A stretch of DNA of 64,000 bases from a virus. The notes under the pieces were generated by a model. The model had not been told where the DNA came from, searched no databases, and saw only the letters and a program-made list of their open reading frames with translations. Position 1 is the stretch's first letter. Each line of letters starts with the position of its first letter. A program made the position numbers and the translations under genes. Below are positions 36,252 through 46,143 of the stretch, piece after piece. The stretch lies in IMG/VR virus record IMGVR_UViG_3300021077_000115, positions 174,064 to 238,063 of that record, one strand, 5' to 3'.

Positions 36252-36268
36252 CACTTACAGCTTACAAT

Positions 36269-36358
36269 GTGCCCGTCGCTCAGTGGTCGAGAGCAACAGA
36301 TTCTAAAACTGTCGCAGCCGAGAGGCTGCCATCGTGGGTTCGACCCCCACCGGGCACA
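36269..36358 (+). tRNA. amber suppressor tRNA (anticodon CTA), type II, A73
   Basis: GTGCCCG/CGGGCAC perfect acceptor, D GCTC AGTGGTCGA GAGC, anticodon stem ACAG/CTGT, loop TTCTAAA (U33, C34 U35 A36, A37), variable arm GCAGCC-GAGA-GGCTGC, T-arm GTGGG TTCGACC CCCAC; 18 nt downstream of PTH2. Confidence 0.7.
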
Positions 36359-36363
36359 CTATT

Positions 36364-36495
36364 ATGGAACAAGAACCAGAAGAGCCGGTCCACGAACCTC
36401 CACCAAAAGAGCACCCAGATATCGAGCTTGATGGTGGTGGCAAACTTACTTGGTGCGAAATATGTGAATCATATTGGCAATGCGGGTGTGGGTAA
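36364..36495 (+). CDS. small Cys-containing protein (43 aa), hypothetical
   Basis: MEQEPEEPVHEPPPKEHPDIELDGGGKLTWCEICESYWQCGCG*; TAATG overlap with nadK start. Confidence 0.25.
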   Translation: MEQEPEEPVHEPPPKEHPDIELDGGGKLTWCEICESYWQCGCG

Positions 36496-37448
36496 TGCCA
36501 AAAAAGATAATTGTAGTTACCAAGAAAACATCTTATTCAAAATACATCCAAGACCAAGATGATGTCGGTTCAAAGGAGTTATTGCTAAGTGCAAATCCAG
36601 CTGTTGCGTTTTGGAAATCATCTCACAACAGTCATATGAAGACTCTTGATATTGTTGTGTCGGAGATTCAAAAACAGAATTTTGTCTGCCACGTAATTGA
36701 TTCTAAATCATTTGTTGCCGAGCCAGATGATGTTGAAATGGTTGTTACTGTTGGAGGAGATGGGACATTACTATCAGCTTCTCACAACGTAAATAGTGCA
36801 CTGCCAATTCTTGCAGTCAACTCCGATCCATCAACTAGTGTTGGGTTCTTCTGCTATACAACATCAAATACTTTTCAAAATCATTTATCATTAGCATTAG
36901 ATGGTAAATGTCCCAATACAATTCTAACAAGAATGAGTGTTAGAAAGAATAATAAGATAGTTGCGAATAGAATATTGAATGACGTATTGTTCTGTCATAC
37001 AAATCCAGCGGCAACATCTAACTACATCATTCAATTAATGAGTCGCCGCTCCCTAACTCCAGCGGCTGGAATGTCTGTTGGATCGCGCGTTTCTCCGATG
37101 TCGCTGCAGGAAACTCAAAGATCAAGCGGAATATGGGTTGGACCTGCAGCGGGTAGTACGGCGGCTAGGCGTTCTGCCGGGCTTTCGCCGATGGATCTTG
37201 AATCTAAAGACTTGCAATTGGGGGTCAGGGAGTTGTACTATAAGCCATCCTCGAAGCCAGGCACACGATTTATGATGGCTGCCCCAGGGCAATTCATCAA
37301 AGTAATTAGCAAGATGGATAGTTCTGCTATGTATCTTGATGGAGATTACAGTGTAATTCCTGTTGGTCTTGGAGATGAAATAAACTTCGAGAAATCCGAT
37401 GACTCTCTGCAACTCTTAGGAAAACCAAATGTATTTTGTGGTAAATAG
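36495..37448 (+). CDS. nadK: NAD kinase
   Basis: GGDGT motif (VVTVGGDGTLLSASH) and downstream NxG/DG region typical of NadK/PpnK; ORF-track start 36474 (TTG) probably too early. Confidence 0.7.
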   Translation: MPKKIIVVTKKTSYSKYIQDQDDVGSKELLLSANPAVAFWKSSHNSHMKTLDIVVSEIQKQNFVCHVIDSKSFVAEPDDVEMVVTVGGDGTLLSASHNVNSALPILAVNSDPSTSVGFFCYTTSNTFQNHLSLALDGKCPNTILTRMSVRKNNKIVANRILNDVLFCHTNPAATSNYIIQLMSRRSLTPAAGMSVGSRVSPMSLQETQRSSGIWVGPAAGSTAARRSAGLSPMDLESKDLQLGVRELYYKPSSKPGTRFMMAAPGQFIKVISKMDSSAMYLDGDYSVIPVGLGDEINFEKSDDSLQLLGKPNVFCGK

Positions 37449-37632
37449 ATCTTTTTCTGATATGTCAGACGCAATAAAGGCCTGTAGTTCTGGATCTATT
37501 AGTGACATGATTACTGATAAATATGGCACCATTTTGATGAAGCACGAAGAGGTGCCAATTGAAGATATCTACGGAATGATGATTGCTAAGCAGCTTCTTA
37601 CTCGTTCACACTTATTGATGATAGAGGGTTAA

Positions 37633-38109
37633 ATGATTCTTGGAATAACTGGGCACAGACCCAGTGTCTTAGGCTGTGGTTACGATATACCAAATCCAAC
37701 TTATGACCGTATCTGTCAACAGATAAAAGGTGAATTCATCGAGCTAAAACCAGAGAAGATAATTTCTGGTATGGCCCTTGGGGTAGATCAGTGGGCCGTG
37801 AGTATTGCAATGGAACTTGGAATACCTTTCATTGCAGCTGTGCCTTTCAAGGGACAAGACTCACGGTGGCCAGTTAAGAGTAAAAAGATCTACGAGGATA
37901 TGTTGGGCTCGGCAGATCGAATAGTCATCATTGGAGAACTTACCTCAAATAACTTTGCCGAACTAATGTTCTTGCGCAATAGATGGATTGTTGACAACTC
38001 ATCAGAACTGTTAGCGGTATGGAATGGAGATCGTAAGGGCGGTACATTCTCTGCTATCAATTATGCTGAGAAGAAATCAAATTACCATATTCGCGTCATA
38101 AAACCATGA
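37633..38109 (+). CDS. SLOG-family protein (YpsA/YoqJ-like, DUF1273)
   Basis: GITGHRP...GMALGVDQWA...IPFIAAVPF...LAVWNG..GGT pattern. Confidence 0.45.
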   Translation: MILGITGHRPSVLGCGYDIPNPTYDRICQQIKGEFIELKPEKIISGMALGVDQWAVSIAMELGIPFIAAVPFKGQDSRWPVKSKKIYEDMLGSADRIVIIGELTSNNFAELMFLRNRWIVDNSSELLAVWNGDRKGGTFSAINYAEKKSNYHIRVIKP

Positions 38110-38539
38110 CTGATACAATACCAATCGCAAATAGAAAAGTTTTACTTGGTAAGTATACCAGCCGCCTAAACAAAATTCACCTAGTAATTGGGTGGACTCA
38201 TTTCCATCATTGGTATATTGATTGGAAGTGGGCTGGTGAAGAGTATAAATCTAGAATGCTTTTCAGATTCGGATCCGATGAGGCGTGGGTTCAAGCAGAA
38301 TCATTTGAAGATGATTTGCTAACCACATATAAATTCGGAAAAGAAAAATGATTTGGCGCATATGGGCAAAGGCAATAGGCCAAAAAGACGGTAAGAGTGA
38401 TAGAGAATCTGATGTCATTGCAATTATAAGAACATTCTTTGTTCTACTTGCAATCGTTACCAATATAATGATTATTATTGGTATAATTAGGCATTGGTAA
38501 TATTCTTGTCGAGGGAGCTTCGGCATCCAGATCCATTTC

Positions 38540-39037
38540 ATGGATCCTACAACTGTAGAGTTGATAAAAACTCTAGCCAAGGCTAGATATCTTAGTAAGC
38601 GTGCTGTTGGAATTTCCAGTCAAAGATATGATGGAAGTGAATGCTCTATAGATAACGATATTAACGCTACTGCTGCCGAGTATTTCGCCGCCCAACAATA
38701 CAACCAGCCATTCGATGCAACTGTAGGTAAACGCGGCGATGGCGGTAGTGATTTTTCTTTGTCACTATCGATTGAAGTGGTATGGTTAGGGGTCCAGAAG
38801 GACGGGTCGCCGCGTGATAAGGGGCACCTAATCGTAAATCCAGATGAGCCACAACGGTGGGCTGATATATACATTGTAGTAAAGGGATCGGTTGATACTG
38901 ACTTTGAAGAGGTTGGTTGGATTCCTCATAAGGCATTAATTAAGTTACCAAAGAAGGATTTTGGGTTTGGTGATAAATTCGCTTGCGATATCTCCCAGCT
39001 CAAGAGTCCTGAACTTCTAAAGGCTCTGGTTAAATAA
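38540..39037 (+). CDS. hypothetical protein
   Basis: 165-aa ORF. Confidence 0.4.
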   Translation: MDPTTVELIKTLAKARYLSKRAVGISSQRYDGSECSIDNDINATAAEYFAAQQYNQPFDATVGKRGDGGSDFSLSLSIEVVWLGVQKDGSPRDKGHLIVNPDEPQRWADIYIVVKGSVDTDFEEVGWIPHKALIKLPKKDFGFGDKFACDISQLKSPELLKALVK

Positions 39038-39204
39038 TATGGACAATATTGAATGCCAAGATTGTAACAATGGCGGGCAATGCTGGGAACATAGTTCTGA
39101 TGCAGCGTGCGAATATTGTAACACAATCCCCTGTGAATACCTGCATTGGAATTTGCCATTTTGTTCTACGCAGTGCATTAATTTGTATCTAAAGAGGTTT
39201 TACG

Positions 39205-39594
39205 ATGAGCAGGCTGCCAAAAACAAAATCTAGACCAATTGTTATCGATGGACGTAAGTTCCGATGGTTATTGAGTGGTAGAAATAGATATAGTGGTAAA
39301 GCACCGGTTGCCACCACTATTTCAATCCAAGAAGATTTGGAACATCCAGGTCAAACGCTTCAGTGTACAGCTGTATCAAATGAATTACTAGAAGCCCCAT
39401 ACCAGTCAGAGGTCGAGCGATACGGAGTGTGCAAAACCTCAATCGTACCCTCTGATATAGAAAAGATCATTCGAGCTGGGCTTGCGCGCGGCTGGAACCC
39501 AGCGGAAGGTAATGGTACTTTTCATCCTGGTAACTTGAAACTTGCACAATATACAGTAACAGAAAAAGAACCTGTTCATTATTACTTTGGGTGA
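39205..39594 (+). CDS. hypothetical protein
   Basis: 129-aa ORF; overlapping starts with neighbours. Confidence 0.4.
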   Translation: MSRLPKTKSRPIVIDGRKFRWLLSGRNRYSGKAPVATTISIQEDLEHPGQTLQCTAVSNELLEAPYQSEVERYGVCKTSIVPSDIEKIIRAGLARGWNPAEGNGTFHPGNLKLAQYTVTEKEPVHYYFG

Positions 39595-40107
39595 AACTTA
39601 TGAATTATATACAAAATACTCAAACTGAAGAATCACCAAACGTTGGTGATTTAGCTCTCAATGAAGACGGCGCTCTTGGTATAGTCACTGCTGTACGTAG
39701 ATACGGTTCTTACATGTCCTGCTCTGGTGTACATGTATCAAATGATTATGCGCCAAAAGGATCTGTTTGGGAAAGTAAGAATCCCAGAGTAATTGGTTGT
39801 GTGGATGATGCTAAGGCTTTTGTAGAAAGCCGTGAACTACCCTTGCCTAAAGGCAAGGGCTTCTTGGATCGTCATTGATCCAACATAAGTAGATGTTAAT
39901 TTCTTGCTTGATTTCGCTGCAAAGTCAAAGTCTTCAAGAAAGAAAAAGGTTATAAACGAAGTGATCGTTGAGAGAATATCTCAAGAGAAAGTTCGTAATT
40001 TCGTATTGAATCAGCCAGCTGAAGTTCTAAGAGATTTGATGGTCTGATCGCCCGGTTCACTGTGTTCATTGACAGCACATTGACATTTCTGGTATAAGCG
40101 CCCACAC

Positions 40108-41832
40108 ATGAAAATAGCATCAAGATGGGCGATTGCCGGCCTTGGGCTGGTAGCAGTCTGGTTCTCCATACCGCTTGGGCTGACAGCCTACGTGAACAGC
40201 AAGTATGGCCCTGAGATACGGGCCGGTCATATCAGCATAGTGCCACTGCCGGCTAAACTGCCGTGGGGTTTAGATTGTGCTCGGCTGCGTAATGTTCAAA
40301 TTGCCAACAAACAATGGTATGTTGATGGATATACAGCTACAATATCTGGAACAGTAAATTCGGCAGTTGCTTGTTATAGAACAAAAACAATACACGCTGA
40401 TGGCGGCAAGCTTAATGTTGTTTTAGATAAATCTTCTGGTAATAAATCTGCTAGTGGTACGGGGCCACATGGATTTTACATTACAGCAAAGAACATTGAA
40501 TTACACTTAGCAAGTGGTAATATATCAGTAGACGCATTTAATGCATCACTAAGCTCACAAACAATATGTGCTGACAAGGTTATTGCGTCACATCCAAAAG
40601 CAGACGCGGTAATATTCAATACTTGCATTTATACAAAAGAAAAATACGCCAAAGCGTATAAGGGATCTATCGCTCCTAAGTTAGAAGTAAAGGGACATAA
40701 GATTGAGGAGATATCTTTCACAGGACTGTCAAGAATCTCAAGGAGCGAATTTAGTGTTGGAACGATCAAATACGAAGAAAACATAGCTACAGGTGTTCAT
40801 GCTGAAATTAAGGATGGCCTTGTTTCAATAGACATCGGATACTTCTCAGCTTCTCATAGAAGATTATTCACTTCACCATTAGGTGTACGAAAAATAAACA
40901 TCTCAAACATCTCAAAAGACGATCCTCTCTCAAGCAATATTACTATAGGTATTGATGATAAGGTAACTGTTTTGGTAGATGTCGAGAATCGTCGTGTCTC
41001 TGGAAAAGACACCTGTAATAATTGGCTTGGAGTAGTCCCAGAAGAATTAAAGTCAGGACCAATAGGCCAGATGAGCGTAAAGGGAAACTTTGGTTTCGAC
41101 ATAAAATTAGAAAAGCCAATATCCCTGAAGATAAATAGCACATGCAGTATCGATGGACCAACTCCACAATTCATTACAGAACTTGGGAAGCCATTCAAAT
41201 ATACTGCATACCATCCGGATGGCACTCCATTTGAGCGCACGGCTGGGCCTGGAACTAATGACTGGATTCCTCTGGATTTTGTTGACAACATGGCCACTGC
41301 CCTGACAATCACAGAAGATCCTGGATTTTGGCACCATCGTGGTATAATCCCTCAAGCTCTGGAAAATTCACTCAAGGACGATATGCGCCTCGGAAAGTTC
41401 TTTCGAGGCGGCAGCACCATCACGATGCAGCTTGCCAAGAACCTCTGGTTGAACCGTACCAGAACGCTAGGACGCAAATTACAAGAAGGCATTCTCACGA
41501 TTGCATTAGAGAGCTGTCTTAGCAAAGAAAAGATACTTGAGTTATATTTGAATGTGGTTGAATTTGGTCCAAACATTTATGGCATAGGACCTGGATGTGC
41601 CAAGTTCCTAAAGAAGTATCCTGGAGAGATTAATATCTCTGAGGCCCTGTATATGGCAACTAGATTGCCATCTCCAAACAAAGCTCATTCATATGAAGCT
41701 AATAAAGGATTCATTAATAAGCTAATAGCCATTGGCGTTGCCTCTGGAAAGATCTCTGAAGAAGAGTTGGCTAACGAGCTTCAGGCTGAACAGGCCAAAG
41801 AAGCTGAGTCAGAAAATGAAGAGGACGACTGA
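40108..41832 (+). CDS. membrane protein with C-terminal peptidoglycan glycosyltransferase (GT51, PBP1-type transglycosylase) domain
   Basis: N-terminal TM; EDPGFWHHRG, RGGSTITMQLAKN, RKLQEGILTIALE...KEKILELYLN = GT51 motifs; Glu/Asp-rich tail. Confidence 0.65.
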   Translation: MKIASRWAIAGLGLVAVWFSIPLGLTAYVNSKYGPEIRAGHISIVPLPAKLPWGLDCARLRNVQIANKQWYVDGYTATISGTVNSAVACYRTKTIHADGGKLNVVLDKSSGNKSASGTGPHGFYITAKNIELHLASGNISVDAFNASLSSQTICADKVIASHPKADAVIFNTCIYTKEKYAKAYKGSIAPKLEVKGHKIEEISFTGLSRISRSEFSVGTIKYEENIATGVHAEIKDGLVSIDIGYFSASHRRLFTSPLGVRKINISNISKDDPLSSNITIGIDDKVTVLVDVENRRVSGKDTCNNWLGVVPEELKSGPIGQMSVKGNFGFDIKLEKPISLKINSTCSIDGPTPQFITELGKPFKYTAYHPDGTPFERTAGPGTNDWIPLDFVDNMATALTITEDPGFWHHRGIIPQALENSLKDDMRLGKFFRGGSTITMQLAKNLWLNRTRTLGRKLQEGILTIALESCLSKEKILELYLNVVEFGPNIYGIGPGCAKFLKKYPGEINISEALYMATRLPSPNKAHSYEANKGFINKLIAIGVASGKISEEELANELQAEQAKEAESENEEDD

Positions 41833-41876
41833 TGTCTGCTAGGCAGATAAAGACCGCACGCTAAACTGGAGATAAT

Positions 41877-42050
41877 ATGTCAATCAGAAAAGTAAAAGAT
41901 AATACTTGGTTGAAGCCAAAACAATGCAAACACCTAGAACATAATCCACCTGGGTACATAGATCTACGGCCAGGTACATATATTCATAAATGTCCTGGTT
42001 GTGGTAAAGAACAAACATTGACGATTCAAGATTACGAATGTGCTTGATAT
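41877..42050 (+). CDS. small zinc-ribbon protein (57 aa), hypothetical
   Basis: ...KCPGCGKEQTLTIQDYEC; below ORF-track cutoff. Confidence 0.3.
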
Positions 42051-42080
42051 ATAATGGGGTGAAGGGAAATATATAACCAG

Positions 42081-42572
42081 ATGTCTTCTGTATTGTTTGA
42101 GTTCAATATACAAGGAACACTTGAGCATGCATTTGCAATAGCAGCATTCTATCACTCTGGTATAAAAGACAAAGGCGGACAACCATACTTCAAACATCCC
42201 CTTTGGATTGCCTCTGAGCTTCTTTACAGAGGATCAACTGATACAGAGATTTCTGTCGGAATACTGCATGATGTAGTTGAAGACACATCAGTAACGTTTG
42301 ATATGTTACGAGAGTGGAGGTTCTCTGAAGAAATTATTGACGCCGTAAATGCTTTGACTAAGCGCGACGGAGAAGAAAGATGGGACTACATTGCAAGGGT
42401 AGCTCAAAATAGAATAGCTAAGAAGATTAAGCTTCTTGATCTACGTCACAATATGGACATAACAAGATTGAAGAATAGAGGAAATCTTCAAGATAAAGAT
42501 CTTCAAAGAATAAAGAGCTATGCCAGAGAATATGAGTTTCTTTCTGGTGGTTGTATAGGACCTATTTTCTAA
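42081..42572 (+). CDS. HD-domain protein resembling small (p)ppGpp hydrolases (SpoT/Mesh1-type)
   Basis: H..HPLWIA ... ILHDVVEDT motif pair. Confidence 0.5.
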   Translation: MSSVLFEFNIQGTLEHAFAIAAFYHSGIKDKGGQPYFKHPLWIASELLYRGSTDTEISVGILHDVVEDTSVTFDMLREWRFSEEIIDAVNALTKRDGEERWDYIARVAQNRIAKKIKLLDLRHNMDITRLKNRGNLQDKDLQRIKSYAREYEFLSGGCIGPIF

Positions 42573-42800
42573 TGTCTATGAACTTAGTAGTGCATACCAA
42601 AGGAGAGATAACAACTCCAAATGGATTTAAGCGAGAGCTTGGAGAGTATGGCCCGATAAGGCATACTACAACAGAAGACTCTTACAAAATAATTAATAGC
42701 GGATTAGACAGCAAAGGTAAATACAATCTCTATAGAAAGAAGTATGGAGATCCTGGAAATAATTTGAGATTGTGGATGGAGATTAGAGAGGCTGAAGGAT

Positions 42801-43349
42801 TTGAAATTGTCTGGGAGGTTAGGTAGCATACGAAGTATCTACGAGAGCATTGGAGTTGAGGCCTTCTACTCCAGCGAAATGAGGTACGAGAATCCGCACG
42901 CCCTCGAAGTCGAAGCGCTGCTCCGGAATAATAGCGCGATCTTGCCGCTTGAGAATGTCCTGGACCTGGCCTGCGGAACCGGCCTAGTTACCAGTTTCCT
43001 CAAGAAGCTTGGGTATTGCGCAACGGGACTTGACCCGTTTCGTAACGTTGAGTACACTACTCTCACTGGATGTCCGTGCTATCGGATGTCTTTCAAGGAC
43101 ATTGTAAATGACGGCCTGCCTCAAGAGTTCTCCTGTATAATTTGCAGCTTCGCATTGCATCTGTGCAAACACAGTATGTTGCCAGATTTACTTTGGCGAT
43201 TATCAGAGAGATCAAATACCCTTGTGGTAATATCACCTACTAAATTTCCTATCATTGGAAATCCCGAGGTCGAGAACTTCTGCTTGACCTCCGCTAATAA
43301 GCGGATACAGTTCCGCTCATATAATCTACCAATATTTCAGAATATCTAA
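42801..43349 (+). CDS. class I SAM-dependent methyltransferase
   Basis: Motif I VLDLACGTG; true start may be an internal Met near 42876. Confidence 0.55.
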   Translation: MKLSGRLGSIRSIYESIGVEAFYSSEMRYENPHALEVEALLRNNSAILPLENVLDLACGTGLVTSFLKKLGYCATGLDPFRNVEYTTLTGCPCYRMSFKDIVNDGLPQEFSCIICSFALHLCKHSMLPDLLWRLSERSNTLVVISPTKFPIIGNPEVENFCLTSANKRIQFRSYNLPIFQNI

Positions 43350-43350
43350 T

Positions 43351-43421
43351 GGGACCGTGGTGAAGAGGGATCACGCAACACTGGCAGTGTTGACTCGCGA
43401 GTTCGATTCTCGCCGGCTCCA
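43351..43421 (+). tRNA. tRNA-Ala (GGC)
   Basis: GGGACCG/CGGCTCC acceptor with G3.U70, D GTGA/TCAC, anticodon stem CAACA/TGTTG, loop CTGGCAG, T-arm GCGAG TTCGATT CTCGC. Confidence 0.65.
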
Positions 43422-43621
43422 CAAGGTGCAATATGCATCCTCTTGGAAGTAGAAAAGATCATAGTTTTGATTCTGATGGTCAAATCAAGGCAACTCGTGG
43501 CCGTGCCGCCAATGAAGAGGAAGCCTTGATTCGTGAGCAATTCAATGAATGCCTCGCTTGTGGAAGGCACGAACAACTAGCATGCGCTGATTGCCCAGCT
43601 CGGCAGATCAAGTAATATTTT

Positions 43622-43693
43622 GCCCCCATAGCTCAATGGAAGAGTGTCTGCCTTCTAAGCAGGTTGTTGAAAGTTCGAATCTTTCTGGGGGTA
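43622..43693 (+). tRNA. tRNA-Arg (TCT), second copy
   Basis: GCCCCCA/TGGGGGT acceptor, D GCTC/GAGT, anticodon loop CTTCTAA, T-arm GAAAG TTCGAAT CTTTC. Confidence 0.65.
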
Positions 43694-43705
43694 CTAAGAG
43701 GACTA

Positions 43706-44227
43706 ATGATTAGTTACGAAAAAGCAGTCGATATTCAAACTAAAGCCGAGAAGGCGTATGCAAAAGCATCAGCGCAATTGCAAGAAGCCAATAGTACATT
43801 GGAAGCTTTGAAGCGTGAACTTGAAATTGAATGCAGTACTTGTCACAAGACAACAAAGGTTAAGGATATCGAACTAATCGCTAGAAAGTCAGGAGGATAT
43901 CAAAGTTACGATCATGGAGAGTGGCAATATAACACTAGGGTATGTTGGGTTTGCAAACATTGCACAACTCCGCAATCACTACCCAGTGAAACAGAAGGCC
44001 CGTTCGCAAAGAAGCCACCATTTAAATATGGCTTTGATCATTATGTCAAAGCTGTTCATGAGTGGTATTCTGATAACGAACGTTGTCACGGGAGAGTTCT
44101 GCAATTATTAGGGCCACATCTACAAAGAGAAGAGGATCTTCTGCGCAAGAAAGAAAAGGAAAGAAAAATTGAAGAAGCTAAAAAATTACTTGCAGACGAG
44201 GGTATATTAGGTAATACTGAAGCATAA
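43706..44227 (+). CDS. hypothetical protein with zinc-ribbon and coiled-coil segments
   Basis: ORF-track start 43664 overlaps the tRNA; ATG 43706 is in the same frame. Confidence 0.4.
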   Translation: MISYEKAVDIQTKAEKAYAKASAQLQEANSTLEALKRELEIECSTCHKTTKVKDIELIARKSGGYQSYDHGEWQYNTRVCWVCKHCTTPQSLPSETEGPFAKKPPFKYGFDHYVKAVHEWYSDNERCHGRVLQLLGPHLQREEDLLRKKEKERKIEEAKKLLADEGILGNTEA

Positions 44228-44235
44228 TTTAGAAC

Positions 44236-44313
44236 GCCGATGTAGTTCAATTGGTAGAACGCCAGTTTCATAAGCTGGGTCTTGTGTGGGTTCGACTCCC
44301 TCTATCGGCACCA
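44236..44313 (+). tRNA. tRNA-Met (CAT), elongator type, CCA encoded
   Basis: GCCGATG/TATCGGC acceptor, D GTTC/GAAC, anticodon stem CCAGT/GCTGG, loop TTCATAA. Confidence 0.65.
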
Positions 44314-44805
44314 AATGTTTGACGATCTACTATATAGCCTGACCACCACACGCGAGCCGCTAGCGGCGGCGTGTAGGAATAGTTATGGCAAATCACAAGC
44401 GGCGAAAGCCTAAGAATAGTAGATCTGGATGTTTGATGTGTAAGTATTGGAAGATTAATGGCTTCTCCCCAAAAGAGAAGATGAAGTTTTCCGAATACCG
44501 AAGATACTCTGATGCTGCGGAACAGATGAAGGACGTCTGATTCTAGCAGAAGGATAGGTAATATGTTTGATACTAGTTAGGTAACCTTCTCTTCAAAAAG
44601 GAGGTGCCTATGCAATATTGCAAATGGTGTGCTCTCGTTCGCGAGCTGAGTAAAGACGAAACTGGCCACAGTAAGGTGGGCATGTGCCGTCAATGCTACA
44701 GAAAAGAGCACAAGACGGATACGATAGTCGATAGAAAAAGACTAAGAAAATCCAGAAAGTAAGTAAACTGGAACCGAGACGTTTGTCAACTCAAGCGTCT
44801 CGTCA

Positions 44806-44878
44806 CGGGGCTGTAGCTCAACTGGGAGAGCGCTAGACCTGCAATCTAGAGGTTGTCGGTTCGATTCCGATCAGCTCC
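44806..44878 (+). tRNA. tRNA-Ala (TGC) with C33
   Basis: GGGGCTG/CAGCTCC acceptor with G3.U70, D GCTC AACTGGGA GAGC, anticodon stem CTAGA/TCTAG, loop CCTGCAA; preceded by hairpin CGAGACG/CGTCTCG. Confidence 0.65.
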
Positions 44879-44884
44879 ACTTAC

Positions 44885-44956
44885 GGGGTCGTGTATAGGG
44901 ATACAGATTTCCTTTGCAAGGAAATTTTGCGAGTTCAATTCTCGACGGCTCCACCA
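44885..44956 (+). tRNA. tRNA-Ala (TGC), second copy, short D-loop, CCA encoded
   Basis: GGGGTCG/CGGCTCC acceptor with G3.U70, 6-bp anticodon stem ATTTCC/GGAAAT, loop TTTGCAA. Confidence 0.55.
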
Positions 44957-44958
44957 AC

Positions 44959-45030
44959 GCTAGCTTTGCGCAATGGTAACGCACTTGTCTTGTAAACAAG
45001 TCCATATCAGTTCGAATCTGATAGCTAGCT
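44959..45030 (+). tRNA. tRNA-Thr (TGT)
   Basis: GCTAGCT/AGCTAGC acceptor, anticodon stem CTTGT/ACAAG, loop CTTGTAA, T-arm ATCAG TTCGAAT CTGAT. Confidence 0.7.
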
Positions 45031-45036
45031 CTACTT

Positions 45037-45108
45037 GCTGACTTGGTGCTAACGGAAGCATGTCTGTTTCGTAATCAGAAGGTATCAGTTCAATTCTGAT
45101 AGTCAGCT
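45037..45108 (+). tRNA. tRNA-Thr (CGT)
   Basis: GCTGACT/AGTCAGC acceptor, anticodon loop TTCGTAA, T-arm ATCAG TTCAATT CTGAT. Confidence 0.65.
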
Positions 45109-45435
45109 CAACGGATAATTTTGTATTTATATAGGAGTAATAGTTAAGTAATCAAGTCGCTCCAAAGAGGTGATAAATGGTTACGGTAAAAGAAGCAATC
45201 ATAAGAGTGGTAGCTGAAAAGCTTCGAGAATATTACCTTCGTGGTATTAGAGATGCCCGCATTGAAGTATCTGAAAACTCAATGCCAAGTATTCTTGAAA
45301 CATTTGATGCTGGAGATTTTGATAATGCATATGATCAACATGTCTGGCTAAAAATAGCAGAGAACATCATAGATATGTAACATGCCCATGTAGTATAATG
45401 ACATTACATTTCCTTGGTAAGGAAAAAAATCTGGT

Positions 45436-46143
45436 TTGATTCCAGCCTTGGGCTCTAATAGTAGTTCGATTCAGAATTCAGCTGATATATGCCAACGCAT
45501 GAGAGCTGGATTAACATACGAAGAAGCCGGTAAACTTGGGGCAATTGCTTACGCCAAAACAGCAGCTACTCTAAAGCAACAAAGAGTAGATAATTGGAAC
45601 AATAATCCTAAGCTTTGTAAGGCATGTAGTAGCGCAATTCCATACGAGAAGCGTCAGAATAATTTCTGCAGCCACAAATGTTCGGCAGCATTTAATAACA
45701 AGGGAATTAGAAGAAATGGTAACGCACCAATAAGCTGCCTCAACTGCGCAACTGAAACTCACAACCCAAAGTTTTGCTCTTCTAATTGTGCGCTTGAATG
45801 GAATTGGAAAGAGGCAAAGCAGCATTTGATAGACACTGGAGTCGATGAATCTTGTGCTAATAAAATTGGTAAAAGATATCTGATAGAATTGCACGGTAGA
45901 TGCCAGCAGTGCTTGTCATCTGAGTGGCAAGGAAAAGCAATCCCGTTAGTTCTAGATCATATCAACGGAAACCCATATGATAACTCATTACCAAATCTCA
46001 GGGTAATATGTCCTAATTGCGACGCTCAAACCCCAACCTTTGCAGGAAGGAATAGAGGCAATGGTAGGTTTGAGAGAGCGAAGCGTTATAAGTTTGAGAA
46101 AGATACATTTTGTGATCTAAACAGATCACAATGGAAACATTAA
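45436..46143 (+). CDS. HNH homing endonuclease
   Basis: LDHINGNPYDNSLPNLRVICPNCDAQTPTF plus upstream CxxC pairs. Confidence 0.65.
   Translation: MIPALGSNSSSIQNSADICQRMRAGLTYEEAGKLGAIAYAKTAATLKQQRVDNWNNNPKLCKACSSAIPYEKRQNNFCSHKCSAAFNNKGIRRNGNAPISCLNCATETHNPKFCSSNCALEWNWKEAKQHLIDTGVDESCANKIGKRYLIELHGRCQQCLSSEWQGKAIPLVLDHINGNPYDNSLPNLRVICPNCDAQTPTFAGRNRGNGRFERAKRYKFEKDTFCDLNRSQWKH

Noticed and set aside
44885-44956. tRNA-Cys (GCA) reading of the second TGC tRNA
   Set aside because: Shifting the loop to expose GCA breaks the anticodon stem. The G3.U70 pair and TGC loop support Ala. No Cys tRNA was found in this window.
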